From positions 40,054,001-40,118,000 of the forward strand of contig CM119372.1 in assembly GCA_051294905.1 (NCBI GenBank): 64,000 nt of DNA, read 5' to 3'. Numbering within the stretch: position 1 is the first letter of the stretch; each line of letters opens with the position of its first letter. Below the pieces are notes generated by a model. The model was not told the origin of the DNA. It searched no databases and saw only the letters and a list, made by a program, of their open reading frames with translations. This DNA is from Botryllus schlosseri (taxonomy: Eukaryota). Made by a program: the position numbers and the translations under genes. Of the stretch, positions 13,191-25,222 are shown one piece after another.

Positions 13191-14267
13191 GTTCAATACA
13201 CCACAAAAATGCGATACAATGAAAAGATGGCAAGGTGTCGAAGCGACCTGGAGTAGTCTATGGAATAGTTGGAATTACCATAACAGAATATAATGCCTAT
13301 GCCGATCCCATCAGATGCACCAGCACCGCGAATGCTGCAGTAGCGAACACAGCTCCGTCGTCCATCGTCATTTATATTAAAATTTTCATCAAATCAACGC
13401 TCTAGCTGTGACCTGATGTGTGAGACAATATTCCGCCGTCCACCCGACAGTAGACGAGCATGTCCGCATTCAAGTCGAAATAAAAGCAATTTTTTTCACC
13501 AAGGCTATGACAAAAGCAAGCGACGAAAATAAATGCGGCTGATACTGACTGATGCTGATGTGCGATGCGATGTGTTGAATTGTTGATGGGCGAGGTCGAT
13601 GTCAGATTGTGGTCTGGAAATCTTGAGGGCTGACAAGTATTCATACAATAGCAGGTGCTTGTATTCTGATTACTGCATAACGAGCATGATCAACACAATG
13701 CGGAGAGTTGTGATTTTGTAACTGCAATTATAGAGACTGTCTCTATACTGCAATTTTAGTCAGCCTGCCAGTGATCGAAGCATCAACAACAAAACTTTCT
13801 CTGGCCATGTGGTGACAGCCGAGAGACGCGATTCCTCAGGATTCCCCGAGTCCCGTGATCGTGATTTTCAATAGATCTCTGGTTTTTATGACTGGAGGAA
13901 ATTACAACATTGTAGATTGTATGGTTACTACAGTGGTAGGGAGGGTTTATCAAATAATTAGCATATTGATCATATCAAAGGCAGTGCAGTTTCTGAACTT
14001 TATTTACAGACTGATGATACTGGCGATTAAATAGGGAATGGCAAAATAGGACCAGTGGACCATAATTTCGTTGGACACGAAATGCTGGATATAGGCCTGC
14101 CGCCTGCGTACATACGGGTAACACGGTGGTTACTGGTTACCCGTAGCCTACCACTCGCTATCTTAGTCATATTCAGAATATTATTCATGTTTTGTGTATG
14201 CTATTCAGCCAAATGCTCACTTTTTGCTCTAGGCCTATACCGGATTGGAATCCCGGTACGTTTAGCG

Positions 14268-15060
14268 TCCTATATGGAATCTCTGTCCATTTTTTGAAAT
14301 AAATCCTGCGTGATGAGAGCTTTTCTATATAGAATAATTAAGGAATTAAACAGAAAATCCTGCGTGACGTTGCCACCAATTCCACTCCGGTTTAGCGTAA
14401 TATCTTTGGTGTGCCAAGACGGTTCTCAGCGTCACACCTGTGTGTAATCAGTAGAATCTTTGGTGTGCACGAGACACCGATTCCATATTGGGGCCTATAC
14501 TTGCAATCCCCTGTGGAATCTCGGTTCATTTTTTGAAATAAGTCCTGCATGACGAGAGCTTTACATAAAATAATTAAGTAATTGAACAGTAAATCCTGCG
14601 TGACGTTGCCACCAATTCCACGTTGCTTGTCTGCGCCACCATAAAACAGGTTGAAAATTAGGAACTTCTGTCAAAACTCAAAACCTTTGCCCAATATGTA
14701 CTGAGTTACTGACTACTCTAACTTTCCAGTACACGGTTCTGTATCCATGCAAAGCTGTGACTTGAAAAACTTAACCCTAAGATCGTAACTTCGCTGCAAT
14801 ACAGGAGTCCAGAGTGGATTTCGTGGCAACGTCAATCAGAACTTCCCGTTTAATTAACTAATTATTCTATGCAAAAAAGCTCTCATCACGCAGGATTTAA
14901 TTCAAAAAATGAACCGAGATTCCATAGGGGACAGCCGGAGTGGAATTGGTGGCAACGTCACGCAGGATTTTCTGTTTAATTCCTTAATTATTCTATATAG
15001 AAAAGCTCTCATCACGCAGGATTTATTTCAAAAAATGGACAGAGATTCTATATAGGGGGG
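14268..15060. mobile_element. Foldback-like MITE with a second copy of the same family nested inside (about 14508-14929)
   Basis: ~120-bp unit occurs twice direct (14272, 14510) and twice inverted (ending 14929, 15055). Confidence 0.7.
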
Positions 15061-15092
15061 ACAGTGGTCTATACCGTGTGATATCTAGTCAA

Positions 15093-16179
15093 GATTACCA
15101 GTGAACTGGGCACTTGGTGAATTCGGCCCTCGAGAAATTTCGTATTAAAGTGTATAAACCACTATTAATATGAATTAATAAACTACTAATAGTATTAACA
15201 AGTGATTTGTTGATGTTGTACGGGGGTCAAGGCATGCGTAGATTACGCAGTCACTGCGTGATTAGATCACAGATTGCGTAACCGCGGGAAATAACCCGAC
15301 TCTCATCACTTGGTGAACTCGGCCCTTGGAGGAATTGGTACTTTAACATTTTTGCATTAGAAATGCATTTAATATGAATGAACATTCTCAAATAGGAAAT
15401 TTAAACGTATCGTGGTAGATCTCGTAGTCTTGGGATCCTTGAACCCCATTATCGGGATACTCTAACTCACCCCAAACCTAATATCCTCAAATCCAACTTG
15501 AATAGACCCTCTCTAAACTATAATCTTTGGATACCCCAACCCCATCTTTGACCCTAACCAACCTCCAATCCTGATATCCCCCACCTCAAATCTAATATCC
15601 CCCGCACCCAACACTGATATCCCGCTCCCTCAACCCTTATACCCCCTCCCTTAATCTTGGGATACCCTAACCCCAACTTTAATCCTAACTCATCTCCATC
15701 CCTAATACCCCCTCTCCAACCCTTATATCCCCCTCCCTCAACCCTAATATACCCCCTTCCCAACCTTGATATCCGTATCTTCAAAGGCAAAAAATAAGTT
15801 ATTTTGACGTGATCATGCCATGGGACATATTTGTTGATGAGGAAGACTGGCTTGTCGCAATCGTAAAACGAAGAAGATCTTCCAAGGCTCCGATCTCGCA
15901 TGCAACGCCAGGATCCATCTTCTCAAAACTCATACGCCCGTCACTCACGCCGTCAAATTACCAATACCAGCGTTGCGTTATTTCCCGCGGCTACGCAATC
16001 CGTGATCTAATGACGCCGTGACTGCGTGATCTTTGTATGCCCCGACCTCAGTACAACATTGACAAATCACTCGATACTAATATTAGTAGTTTGATAATTC
16101 ATATTAATAGTTGTTAATACACTTTAATACAAAATTTCCCGAGGGCCAAATTCACCAAGTGGCGAGTTCACTGGCAACC
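15093..16179. mobile_element. Non-autonomous DNA transposon with ~200-bp TIRs and C-rich minisatellite core
   Basis: 15093-15295 is inverted at 15977-16179; TSD CTAGTCAA/CTGGTCAA; CCCCA/CCTAA-rich tract at about 15465-15775. Confidence 0.75.
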
Positions 16180-16980
16180 CTGGTCAATAGTCGTCAGTGT
16201 CAGATTATATTTTCGATGTACAGTTACGGTCTCTTGAACAGGCATCGACCTAGTGCCCGATGTCACATCCACATGCAGTTCTTTTATCGATGTTGGTCTC
16301 TATTCCGCAGCTCTTTCCATTCCTGTGTGTGCGCTCTTTCATCGGGTCTTTTTCTGCGCTATTTTGTCGTTGTAAGAACAACGACGCGGGGGAAGAGGAG
16401 TCCAGAATAACCTGCGACACAGGATCGCCACCGCTACGTGTTCTCCCCTGATTAGTCAATTAGTATGGCTATACAGCAATACCGCATATAGTCATATACT
16501 AGGTCAACCTCCTAAACTAAAGCTGATCAATCTTGAGCAAAACATTGAAAATTGCAATAGCGCTGATCGGTTAGCCTTCATAATAAGAAGATGGCACTGG
16601 TATACACTACAAAATATAATTTGCAATTTGGTTTTAAATTTTACACGGTAAATGGATGTGGTCCCATATTTCAGCGATTTGTTAGTCTGTCAAATGTTCT
16701 CGACTGCCACTCGTCAGGGGTAATCGTCAGCAACTAGTGAAAGATTGGATATATATAACATTTCATATCAACAAATGTATTATCTGATATGACGTCACCA
16801 CATGAAATTACGAATAATCGAGGCAAAGAGATCGCTTCAGCTCAATGTACTATTTTTACACGTTACAAATGCTTTTATCTCTATGGATTACCTTGAGTAA
16901 GCTTTCTTCGATTCAGATTAAATATCTTGGCTTTTGTTGCGTTTGTCGATATGAACAAGCGAACTGTCAATCTCAGAGAC

Positions 16981-17292
16981 ATGTCAGCTGCCAACAGCGG
17001 TCTCCCACAATACGCCAGCCAAGAAATACAAAATCGAAAGATCATATCGGATTTACAGAAAGAAAAAGCGCGTCTTCGAATGCTGCACAACAATCCTATG
17101 TCTGCGTCTGGCCCTAGCTCCCAACGCATGAACATTCCAGTCGCAAGCTCGGAAAACGCAAACAGTATCGGAGTATCGCAGCGTATGGCCATGCAGATGG
17201 CGAGTTCTACCTCGTTCGGATATTTCATTCCACAAGATTCTGGATTTGGAAATATGATTCTGCCTGTTATTCCAAGAATCGGGCCGAACTGA
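16981..17292 (+). CDS. INIP: SOSS complex subunit C (INTS3- and NABP-interacting protein), intronless CDS, 103 aa
   Basis: MSAANSG...NRKIISDLQKEK and C-terminal GYFIPQDSGFGNMILPVIPR match the SOSS-C signature as recalled (GYFITQDSAFGNLILPVLPR); alternative in-frame ATG at 16951. Confidence 0.93.
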   Translation: MSAANSGLPQYASQEIQNRKIISDLQKEKARLRMLHNNPMSASGPSSQRMNIPVASSENANSIGVSQRMAMQMASSTSFGYFIPQDSGFGNMILPVIPRIGPN

Positions 17293-17342
17293 TCCAAGAT
17301 TATCTATTCCCTGTTGTACTATGACGGTGGAATATTTGAGAC

Positions 17343-19050
17343 TAGGGCTGGGTAGTACTCAAATCTAAATGGAGTATTAAGGGAGAGGAGACTAACATGA
17401 GACATGCATCTTTTTCATGGAGCAATTTACGAACGGGGACAGGTTCTTTTAACCATGTAAATGTTCCCGATATGTCGTTATTTAGCCCTAATATACGACC
17501 AAGGCAAACGGATTTTAGGTTGACAAAAAAACGCCAAAAATGGTATTTCATAGTTTATAAATGCGAGTATGCCTATTCATGTTGACATTACTGGAACTGG
17601 TAGAGTGCGATAATAGCAGTACAATCATGCACTTTTCTTCAAAAAGTAGTAGACAGAAAAGTTTTTATTGAAGTTTATTCAATAATTGAGGTGTGGGGTA
17701 AGATGAGACAAAGCCACGGGGGTAAGTTGAGGCATGGATATCGGAAGAAATTCCCGTCGAAATTGAAACTGTTCACAGCACAGATTAAGAGTAGTTATCT
17801 AGTAGTTGGCCAGATGTGGCAGTACAAGACAAAACAATGACGCAACTCTTATTGTTGCAGGATCCCAAGGATGCTTTGCTTTCGATTTGGCATTTAAAAT
17901 CATATATGATATAAAAATTCTTTGAAAGTGAATTATTTCATTTATGAATTTCATTTATGATGTTACTAGTTGATTCAGCATTTGCGATGAATTGGTGCTG
18001 CAATAAACAAGATTGGCTTGGTGTCTCATCTTGAAGACCATGTTACCCTCACTCGCGGGTAAATTGAGACATTTGATCAAGTACTCTTGAAGCTCAAGAG
18101 ATCCTGGAGCATGCTGTTCCAAACCTAGGCTGCTAGGCATATGAATAAAACGAAAATTTATTCTTGGAAGGCATCTGTGTGTGTTGTTGACATATTCAAA
18201 AAGTGTCTCATCTTACCCTCCTCTCCCATAATTCTGATGACTCCAGTCAAGTGGTGAGAGATATTTTCGCATACTGAAATTATATACGCCTTGCCACTGA
18301 GAGTTAATTTATTGACAACAATTGTAGTTTCGATGCTATTTTCATTTGTAGAAGGCAGTAGACCAGGGTGGCCAACCTTTTTGGCCAAAGGGCCACATGG
18401 AAGTGACACATCATTGTGCGGGCCACTAGCTGCTCTGGGCGCGAACATTTTTCATAGTGTATATGTCAATGATGTTGTTACTTGAGTATTGTGGGTCTGC
18501 TGTATATCGCTTGACTCAGTTTGCAAGGGCCGGACTATTCGGCGCCTGGACATATCGATATCGAAAGCTTAGCCAACATTCGTCAACCATTTTGTGCCAA
18601 GGTTTCAACCTCTACAGTCATTCTGCGAGCGCAAACGGATGTTGGATCTAGTACATTGGGCGTCTTTTCATCTTCAGGAGGGGTAACAATAATAAAAGCA
18701 AGAAATAAATAAACAGCATATTGCGGGAAGCGGATAGAACATTCTTTCTTTGTTTGAATCTACCGCAGAATATTCTGCTTTATTGTAATGTACGACGATC
18801 TACCAAAAATGTGACCGGCCCATTGATCTGCCTATGCGTCGGAACTGATATTTTAGTCGTGACATCCCAAGTTTTGCGGTCATACTAATCAAATTTTTGG
18901 TTGACCTTGCAAGTTCACAATCTGGGCAATCCATTTTTTATATATTTTTTTATATTTTCGAAAATTACCTCACGGGCCACTCAAAAACCTCGCGGGCCAC
19001 GGGTTGGCCGCCCCTGCAGTAAACCCTACCTGATTCTGCCCAGCCCCCTA
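17343..19050. mobile_element. Composite hAT-derived insertion 50 bp after the INIP stop
   Basis: TIR TAGGGCTGGG...CCCAGCCCCCTA; TSD TTTGAGAC/TTTGAGAG; contains a pogo-like MITE (about 17690-18228) and a Charlie-like MITE. Confidence 0.7.
18364..19016. mobile_element. Charlie-like hAT MITE
   Basis: TIR CAGGGTGGCCAACC...GGTTGGCCGCCCCTG; TSD CAGTAGAC/CAGTAAAC; inverted relative of 24535-25222. Confidence 0.8.
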
Positions 19051-19460
19051 TTTGAGAGCAGTTCATTTTTGGGTGACTGTTGTGCTTCAAGTGACTTTGT
19101 TGAGTTTGCTTGAACTGAGCTGCCGTTCTTTGAGATTTTAGTATTCATTAATAGCCTTCAAAATTTTCGCATTCAAACAAAGATTTGCTAAGTGGCACGT
19201 AAATCTGCATTGGAGTGAGAGGCCATTTCATCAATCGTATTGATTTTCATGTTTCCTGAATGCAGTATCATGTGACAGAGTGACACACTCGTAATGAAAA
19301 GTCGTTTCTAGTCTTGGTTATAGTCGATATGTGATATTGATTGGATGATTGCAAACAGCCATGTTCAACTCTACTATTGTCCCATTCCAGTGCCGCCATT
19401 CCCAGGTATCTGAACCACCTATCAAATTTTCTATTTTGCAGCATTTTCTTGCAGTTAATC

Positions 19461-19524
19461 ATGGTCAAGGTTGCAATCTATAGCACTTTAATCTCAACCG
19501 CTCTGATCGCGATCAGCGCTTTTG
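19461..19524 (+). CDS. ATP6V0B: V-ATPase 21 kDa proteolipid subunit c'', coding exon 1
   Basis: ATG 6 nt after a TTTTCTTGCAG acceptor; MVKVAIYSTLISTALIAISAFG; GTGAGT donor in phase 1 that joins exon 2 in frame. Confidence 0.85.
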
Positions 19525-20823
19525 GTGAGTATTTGCAAGACTTGGTGTTCAAGATTTCTGTCCAATAAATTGGACACTAGGGCTGTTCAAAAAAAATAAT
19601 TCCCTTCAGATTTCGATGGCTACTTGAAAAAATTGTTAGGTTAGTTAAAAACGCTGCACATCAACTTTGGCTCAATTCCAACCAGTAGAAGCGAGATTCC
19701 TGCAGTAGAAAGTTTTGAAACGAAACCAAACAGGGGTGACTTTGGACTTGAGGGTAACTTTGAGCACTAATCAGTAAAACATTCAAAGGTTATTGATGGA
19801 AATGCCGCTGGATGTCCAATTCTTTTTTACAAGTGGTCTTGACAAAAGGCGGATTCATTTCACTACCAGATAAACTTGACGCAACATTGATAAATTAATG
19901 GCGTACTGGTCAATTTCATCAAAATTGATGGTTACAAAATTCTTGATAGCATATGAGCCATCGATTCAAAACTTGGCAGCAGACACCTCTTTGTAGTCTT
20001 AATTTACAACAGGAATATCAGTATGCTCCCCCTCAGATCAATAGAATAGAATGTGATGTTCAAAGCTACCCCCTCATATTTTATCAGAACAGGGTAACTT
20101 TGGACAGTTGAAAGTGTGATATTTAGAGCTCTGGAGAGTGGCTGCTTCATCTGCGTCAAAGTATATAGTCAAATCCTATTCGTTATAACCTGCCTGGTGG
20201 CTCTACCATGTATTGATAGTATGGATTGAAATAGTGGAGCAAAAGCGGTCACTAATGGCTTGTTTGAAAGATGATATCTCTGTCGCAGTGAATAGCATGT
20301 ATTTATTTACACTAGTTATCCGTTGTGGACGTGTACAAAAATGTACATTTTTACAACAAGGTTTTCTCGTCTTCTTGATTATATACACACTCAGTTGACA
20401 TGCTTTTGTCTAGCTTTAAAGCGTAGTTGGTTAGTCGTTGACATTCTGAATCCAACGATATGTTGCTTGTTGGTTTCGCATCCCATTGAGGTCGTGTTTT
20501 ACAGTTTTGAAAAGTGAAGCAAAAGTTTTCGGAAAAACCCGCACGTGCCCGCCGGTTAAGAAAGTTGCGCAAGTGGGCAAAATCTACTTGAGCACTCTGA
20601 TAAAGTGCAAGTACTTTGTTACTGTCTGCCACTGCTTACAGGAGTCCTTATGAAATCTTTTTAGTTTATGTCAAGTCCAATCATAGCAATGACTGCAAAG
20701 ATGTTCAAATAAATGTGCCTTAAAGCGAGATTCCATATCTTTTGAATGTCGGCTCAAAAATATGTTTGCCGGGTTCTCGTTATGACAACATAGCAATGAT
20801 TTCATTGAACCTTACCATTTCAG

Positions 20824-20956
20824 GCCTCTACTTTCTATTCACGGAGCAGAAATTTCGTCTCGATGTCGGTTGGTTGATATTGTCTGTGAGTCCGTACGCT
20901 TACGGGTCCGTTGGCGTCGGTCTGTCTGTCTCCTTGTCTGTCGTTGGAGCGGCTTG
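20824..20956 (+). CDS. ATP6V0B: V-ATPase subunit c'', coding exon 2
   Basis: LYFLFTEQKFRLDVGW...SPYAYGSVGVGLSVSLSVVGAAW; AG/GTAAG boundaries. Confidence 0.95.
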
Positions 20957-21259
20957 GTAAGCTTCTGCTATCTGTCGGCTTGAGTCCAAAATATTGGATT
21001 TTCAAAGTGTGCAACTAGAACTACAGCTAGTCACATTTCAAAACTGGCGACTAGAACTAGAATTACTGACTTTTCAAAATCCAAAACCGCATCTGGAACT
21101 ACTCGATTCTCAAAACTCTCAACTATAAACAGAAGCACTCGCTCTTCAAAACTAGAATTAGAACCACCGGTACTCAAAATACAGATTGAATGTCAACGAA
21201 GTAGATTAGTAGTTTTCAGAAGTCTGATTGAATGACAATTTCTCAAAACTAACTTTCAG

Positions 21260-21332
21260 GGGTATTTTCACGACGGGTTCTACGATAATGGGCGCCGGCA
21301 TCATGACGCCGAGGATTTACTCGAAAAACCTG
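21260..21332 (+). CDS. ATP6V0B: V-ATPase subunit c'', coding exon 3
   Basis: GIFTTGSTIMGAGIMTPRIYSKNL; phases consistent with neighbours. Confidence 0.95.
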
Positions 21333-21609
21333 GTAAGGAGAGTTGACAATTCTATTGTACCCAATCCTTTGGAAATGTAGAGCTGGTCACTAGGGCTGGA
21401 CAAAACCGTGTCGAGTGTTGAGTAACACTCATTATGACATCGTAACAGTATGACATGAAGTTGAAACATGTACCTTTTTTGCAACTACAAAGGATTTAAT
21501 GCTAGTTCTGCGTCACATTAAAGAAAATTTGATATTTTTCAACCATACCAATTTCATTGCATTCATTGCCCAGTCCTAGTAGAAGGCCGTCATTTCCAAC
21601 CATTGTCAG

Positions 21610-21739
21610 GTGAGCATCATCTTCTGCGAGGCGGTCGCCATTTACGGGATCATCGTCGCCATTGTCATGTCCAGCAATCTGGAAAACGTGGACTGGGACT
21701 CGCTCAACGCCAAAGAAAGGGCCGCCAATTATTATGCCG
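21610..21739 (+). CDS. ATP6V0B: V-ATPase subunit c'', coding exon 4
   Basis: VSIIFCEAVAIYGII with the conserved proton-carrying Glu; ends NYYAG|GTAAG. Confidence 0.96.
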
Positions 21740-22180
21740 GTAAGGAGAATCTGACAGAGTTGGACATCTGGAAAATTGTCATCTTTTACAAATTACATTC
21801 GGATTAGAATGAAATCTATGCGTTTCTTCCAAATCAGACGGTTTTTGCAACTTTTTTTTACAGCTTCCGACAGCTGCCTAGATACTCATAATCTACATAC
21901 TATTATGTCTTGAAATGTGCAGAGCGATTTTATAGTGCAACTTTTTGCAACTCTTCTCTATTTTTCATGCCAATTTTTACTGCAACTTTAATCAAATATT
22001 GCGTAAAAATGTTAAGGAATGATTTGAAAACATGCTAGGGCCTACAGTCATAGGCGCCAGCTTTTATTTTTTTACGAGGTGGCGAAGTCTTGTGACGTCA
22101 TAATTGTTCCATATCGATGACGTCATCGTCGCACGAAAACGCATTTCACTAAATGCCGCTGGTGTAGCATACGTGCAGAG

Positions 22181-22800
22181 TAGGGCTGTTCAAAAATAAC
22201 CTTTTATCCTGAATCTTGCAGGTTACTTGATTAAATCGTTAGGTTGCCTTAAAAAACGACGCACACCAAATTTGAATTCATTCCAACCAATATTCGCGGA
22301 TTTCGTAGAGTTTAAAAATTTTGAATTTGCCTGAAAATGCAAAAAAATTTTTTTTTCAAATTTTCCTTCCAACCCTATGAAATTGTTGCGCTGTCTTCAA
22401 AAACGATGGAAAACAAATTTGACTCAATTCCAAGCTGTAGAAGCGGAGTTATTCAAGTTTTTTTATGATAATTCTGGGATGATCCACCAATCAAGGATAA
22501 TCCCAGAATTATCAAAGAAAAACTGAAATAACTCCACTTCTACGGCTTCGAATTGAGTAAAATTTGTTTTGCATCGTTTTTGAAGACAGCGCAACAATTT
22601 CATGGGGTTGGCAGAAAAATTTGAAAAAATTTTTTTTTTTCATTTCTAGGCAAATTCAAAATTTTCAAACTCTACGAAATCCGCGAATATTGGTTGGAAT
22701 GAATTCAAATTTGGTGTGCGTCGTTTTTTTAAGGCAACCTAACGATTTAATCAAGTAACCAGCAAGATTCAGGAAAAAAGGTTATTTTTGAACAGCCCTA
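22181..22800. mobile_element. Near-perfect palindromic hAT MITE (620 bp)
   Basis: TAGGGCTGTTCAAAAATAAC termini; exact TSD GTGCAGAG; the two arms are reverse complements almost to the centre. Confidence 0.9.
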
Positions 22801-24534
22801 GTGCAGAGTTAAACCATTCGCGTGTCGTTTTAATATCGGCCCTGCACTAATTAATATCAAACCATGCAGTCGATTTATTAAATGGAATCTTAAAACATAT
22901 CATTCGAAAGTGTAACTGCGGCCGGCGCTACCAGTCCGTCCGACGGAATGCATCGAACATTTACTGCACTGGGAATCTGCAGTTCCATCAATGTTATTCA
23001 CGCACATTGCGCCGTGTGAGTAACTAACGAAATACACTGGTCTTAAAGTAACACACGACAACTCTCGAATACTTCAAGCAGACAATAATGATGATTACAA
23101 ACGCGAAATCGCGCAGCCAATCAGTAATTGTCTCTTGCGGTTTCTTGCTTCGCGTTGACCAACTCGCATCGCGGCAATTGTTTGCTGATTAAAACAGCGA
23201 TTTGGGCGGCATTGGTGCATTTCCCGATTGATGTTCGCGAAGCATTTCGGGAGTACATCGGTCAATTCGTAAATTCAATCTGCATGTCGACGGCCGCCAA
23301 CACATACTAATTGAATTACGTGTTGACGGCCGCACAAATTTACTTCTATGGCCGCAGGTTGGCCACCCCTGGGCTAGAATTAATTCCACTTCCGGGCGCA
23401 TGCCGCGATCTTATCAATAGAAATCCACTGTCTATCTAATGCCTAATAGTTTAATATTCGATAATGTTGTTCTTGATACGAGTACATCAAACAATCAAGT
23501 TTATCGGAATGTAGATGGTTCCCTGTTCAAACGAATCGAATAAAATCAGAATTTGTGCCACCCAGAATCTTGTGATGCATCAATATTTGACAATGGCATG
23601 GCATGGCCTACTACACGTTATTAATGAAAGGAACACTGCAAAATGACTTTGTGCGACAATTTCGGAGTACGAATGTATCAAGTAGATAACAAGAAATATG
23701 GATGATGGCAAATGAGAAAGCGTGTATTTTAATTAGTATCGTCACGACTGGGTTTTGAGTCTGACACCGTATTGAGTAGCTTTCGTCGCGACAATTGTTT
23801 TTCATTATATCGGCGTTTAAGCTGTATTGCTGCAGTTCCCGATTAATGTCACTGGCAAAGCCTTGTTAGAGAAACGAATCTGCGCAGAAATGAATTCCAA
23901 TTTGCAGGCACACATCAACACACCCTCCAATTCCGCGCTCCGATTACCAAGACTATCACGAAGCTAGCTCGCCCATGAATGGTTTTGCAAACGAATATGG
24001 GCGCACATAATTTAGATTTCAGAAAAGCAGAACGTCTATTTGAGCGCCTGGTCGGTAGAGGAGATCTAGGATGGTGCTTCTCGGCAAATTAGGGGGATTT
24101 GGATTTTTTTCAAATTTACCAATATAGCATCAATTCAATTCGGGTCAAGTACATGCGTAAATGGCGATCATATATTCTCTTCGTATTTATGATTTTAGGC
24201 GTATGATAAGCTTGTCAAAGAGTCCGGGAGTGCTGTCAATTAGCGAGTCCCTGGTTTCTGGTGAACAATTAAATACGTGCGCGTATTACGTAGTCTCGGC
24301 GACAGTTTTCGCAAATCAAAATGTCTTAACCTGATGACACCGATTTCAAATCTTTGACGTCTTTCAGAACTCGAGCCATGACAGTCCAGGGCTTTGGAGC
24401 AGCCGTAAATTTGAATTGCTCCAGCTCCGGACCTTTCTTCTATCATACACTAGCTCCGGCTCCAGCTCCGGAGCCGCATTATTACCACTGCTCCGGCTCC
24501 GGCTCTGAAAACTATGGAAGGTGTCTGTCTATAT

Positions 24535-25222
24535 CAGGGGTGGGCAACCCGCCGCCTGCGGGCCATATGTGGCCCGCGAGAAGGTTTTGAGTAGCCCGCG
24601 AGCTAATTTCCCATTATATATTATCGAAATTCTGTTATATTATCGAAATTGATTTGCTCAGATTGTGAACTTACAAGGCCAACCAAAAAACCGCGACACT
24701 TGGGATGTTGATGACTAGAATATCAGTTCTGACGCATTGGCAGATCCAGGGTCCAGTCACATTTTTTAGTAAATTGTCGTACATTACAATAAACTAAAAG
24801 AGTAGTATAATTTTTCTCCACGCTTCGCGTGTTTAATTGTCACACATTTTCTTGCTTTGTAGCCTACCCCCTGCTGAAAATGAAAAAAGCGACCGATTTA
24901 GCCGATTGAGTCTAACTATATTCGCAATTATGAGAGAAAGTCTTTTCGCGTTTGCGCTCGTAGAAAGATCGTCGACGCTGAAATGTAGGCACAAAATGAT
25001 TGTCTTATATCATCGGAAATCTTCGATATCAATATGTCCAGATGCCGAATAGTCCTGTCCTTGCAAACTGAGCCCAGCGGGCGGTATACAGTCGACCCGC
25101 AATATACCCAAGTAATAATAATATTAACTTTGAAAATGTTACGCGCCTGGCGCGGCTAGTGGGCACCGCACTCGTTCGTCAATTTCATGTGGCCCTTTAG
25201 CCGAAAAGGTTGGCCACCCCTG
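24535..25222. mobile_element. Charlie-like hAT MITE
   Basis: TIR CAGGGGTGG; exact TSD GTCTATAT. Confidence 0.85.

Noticed and set aside
15554..15901. Gly-rich 115-aa ORF
   Set aside because: Translation of the C-rich minisatellite inside a TIR element.
16213..16459. Overlapping short ORFs upstream of INIP as an extra cistron
   Set aside because: No recognisable homology or consistent exon structure.
16881..17297. 138-aa antisense ORF
   Set aside because: Shadow of the INIP coding strand.
21601..21616. AG|GTGAG recursive-splice-like site at ATP6V0B exon 4
   Set aside because: Explained by conserved Val-Ser codons; skipping would remove the essential Glu.
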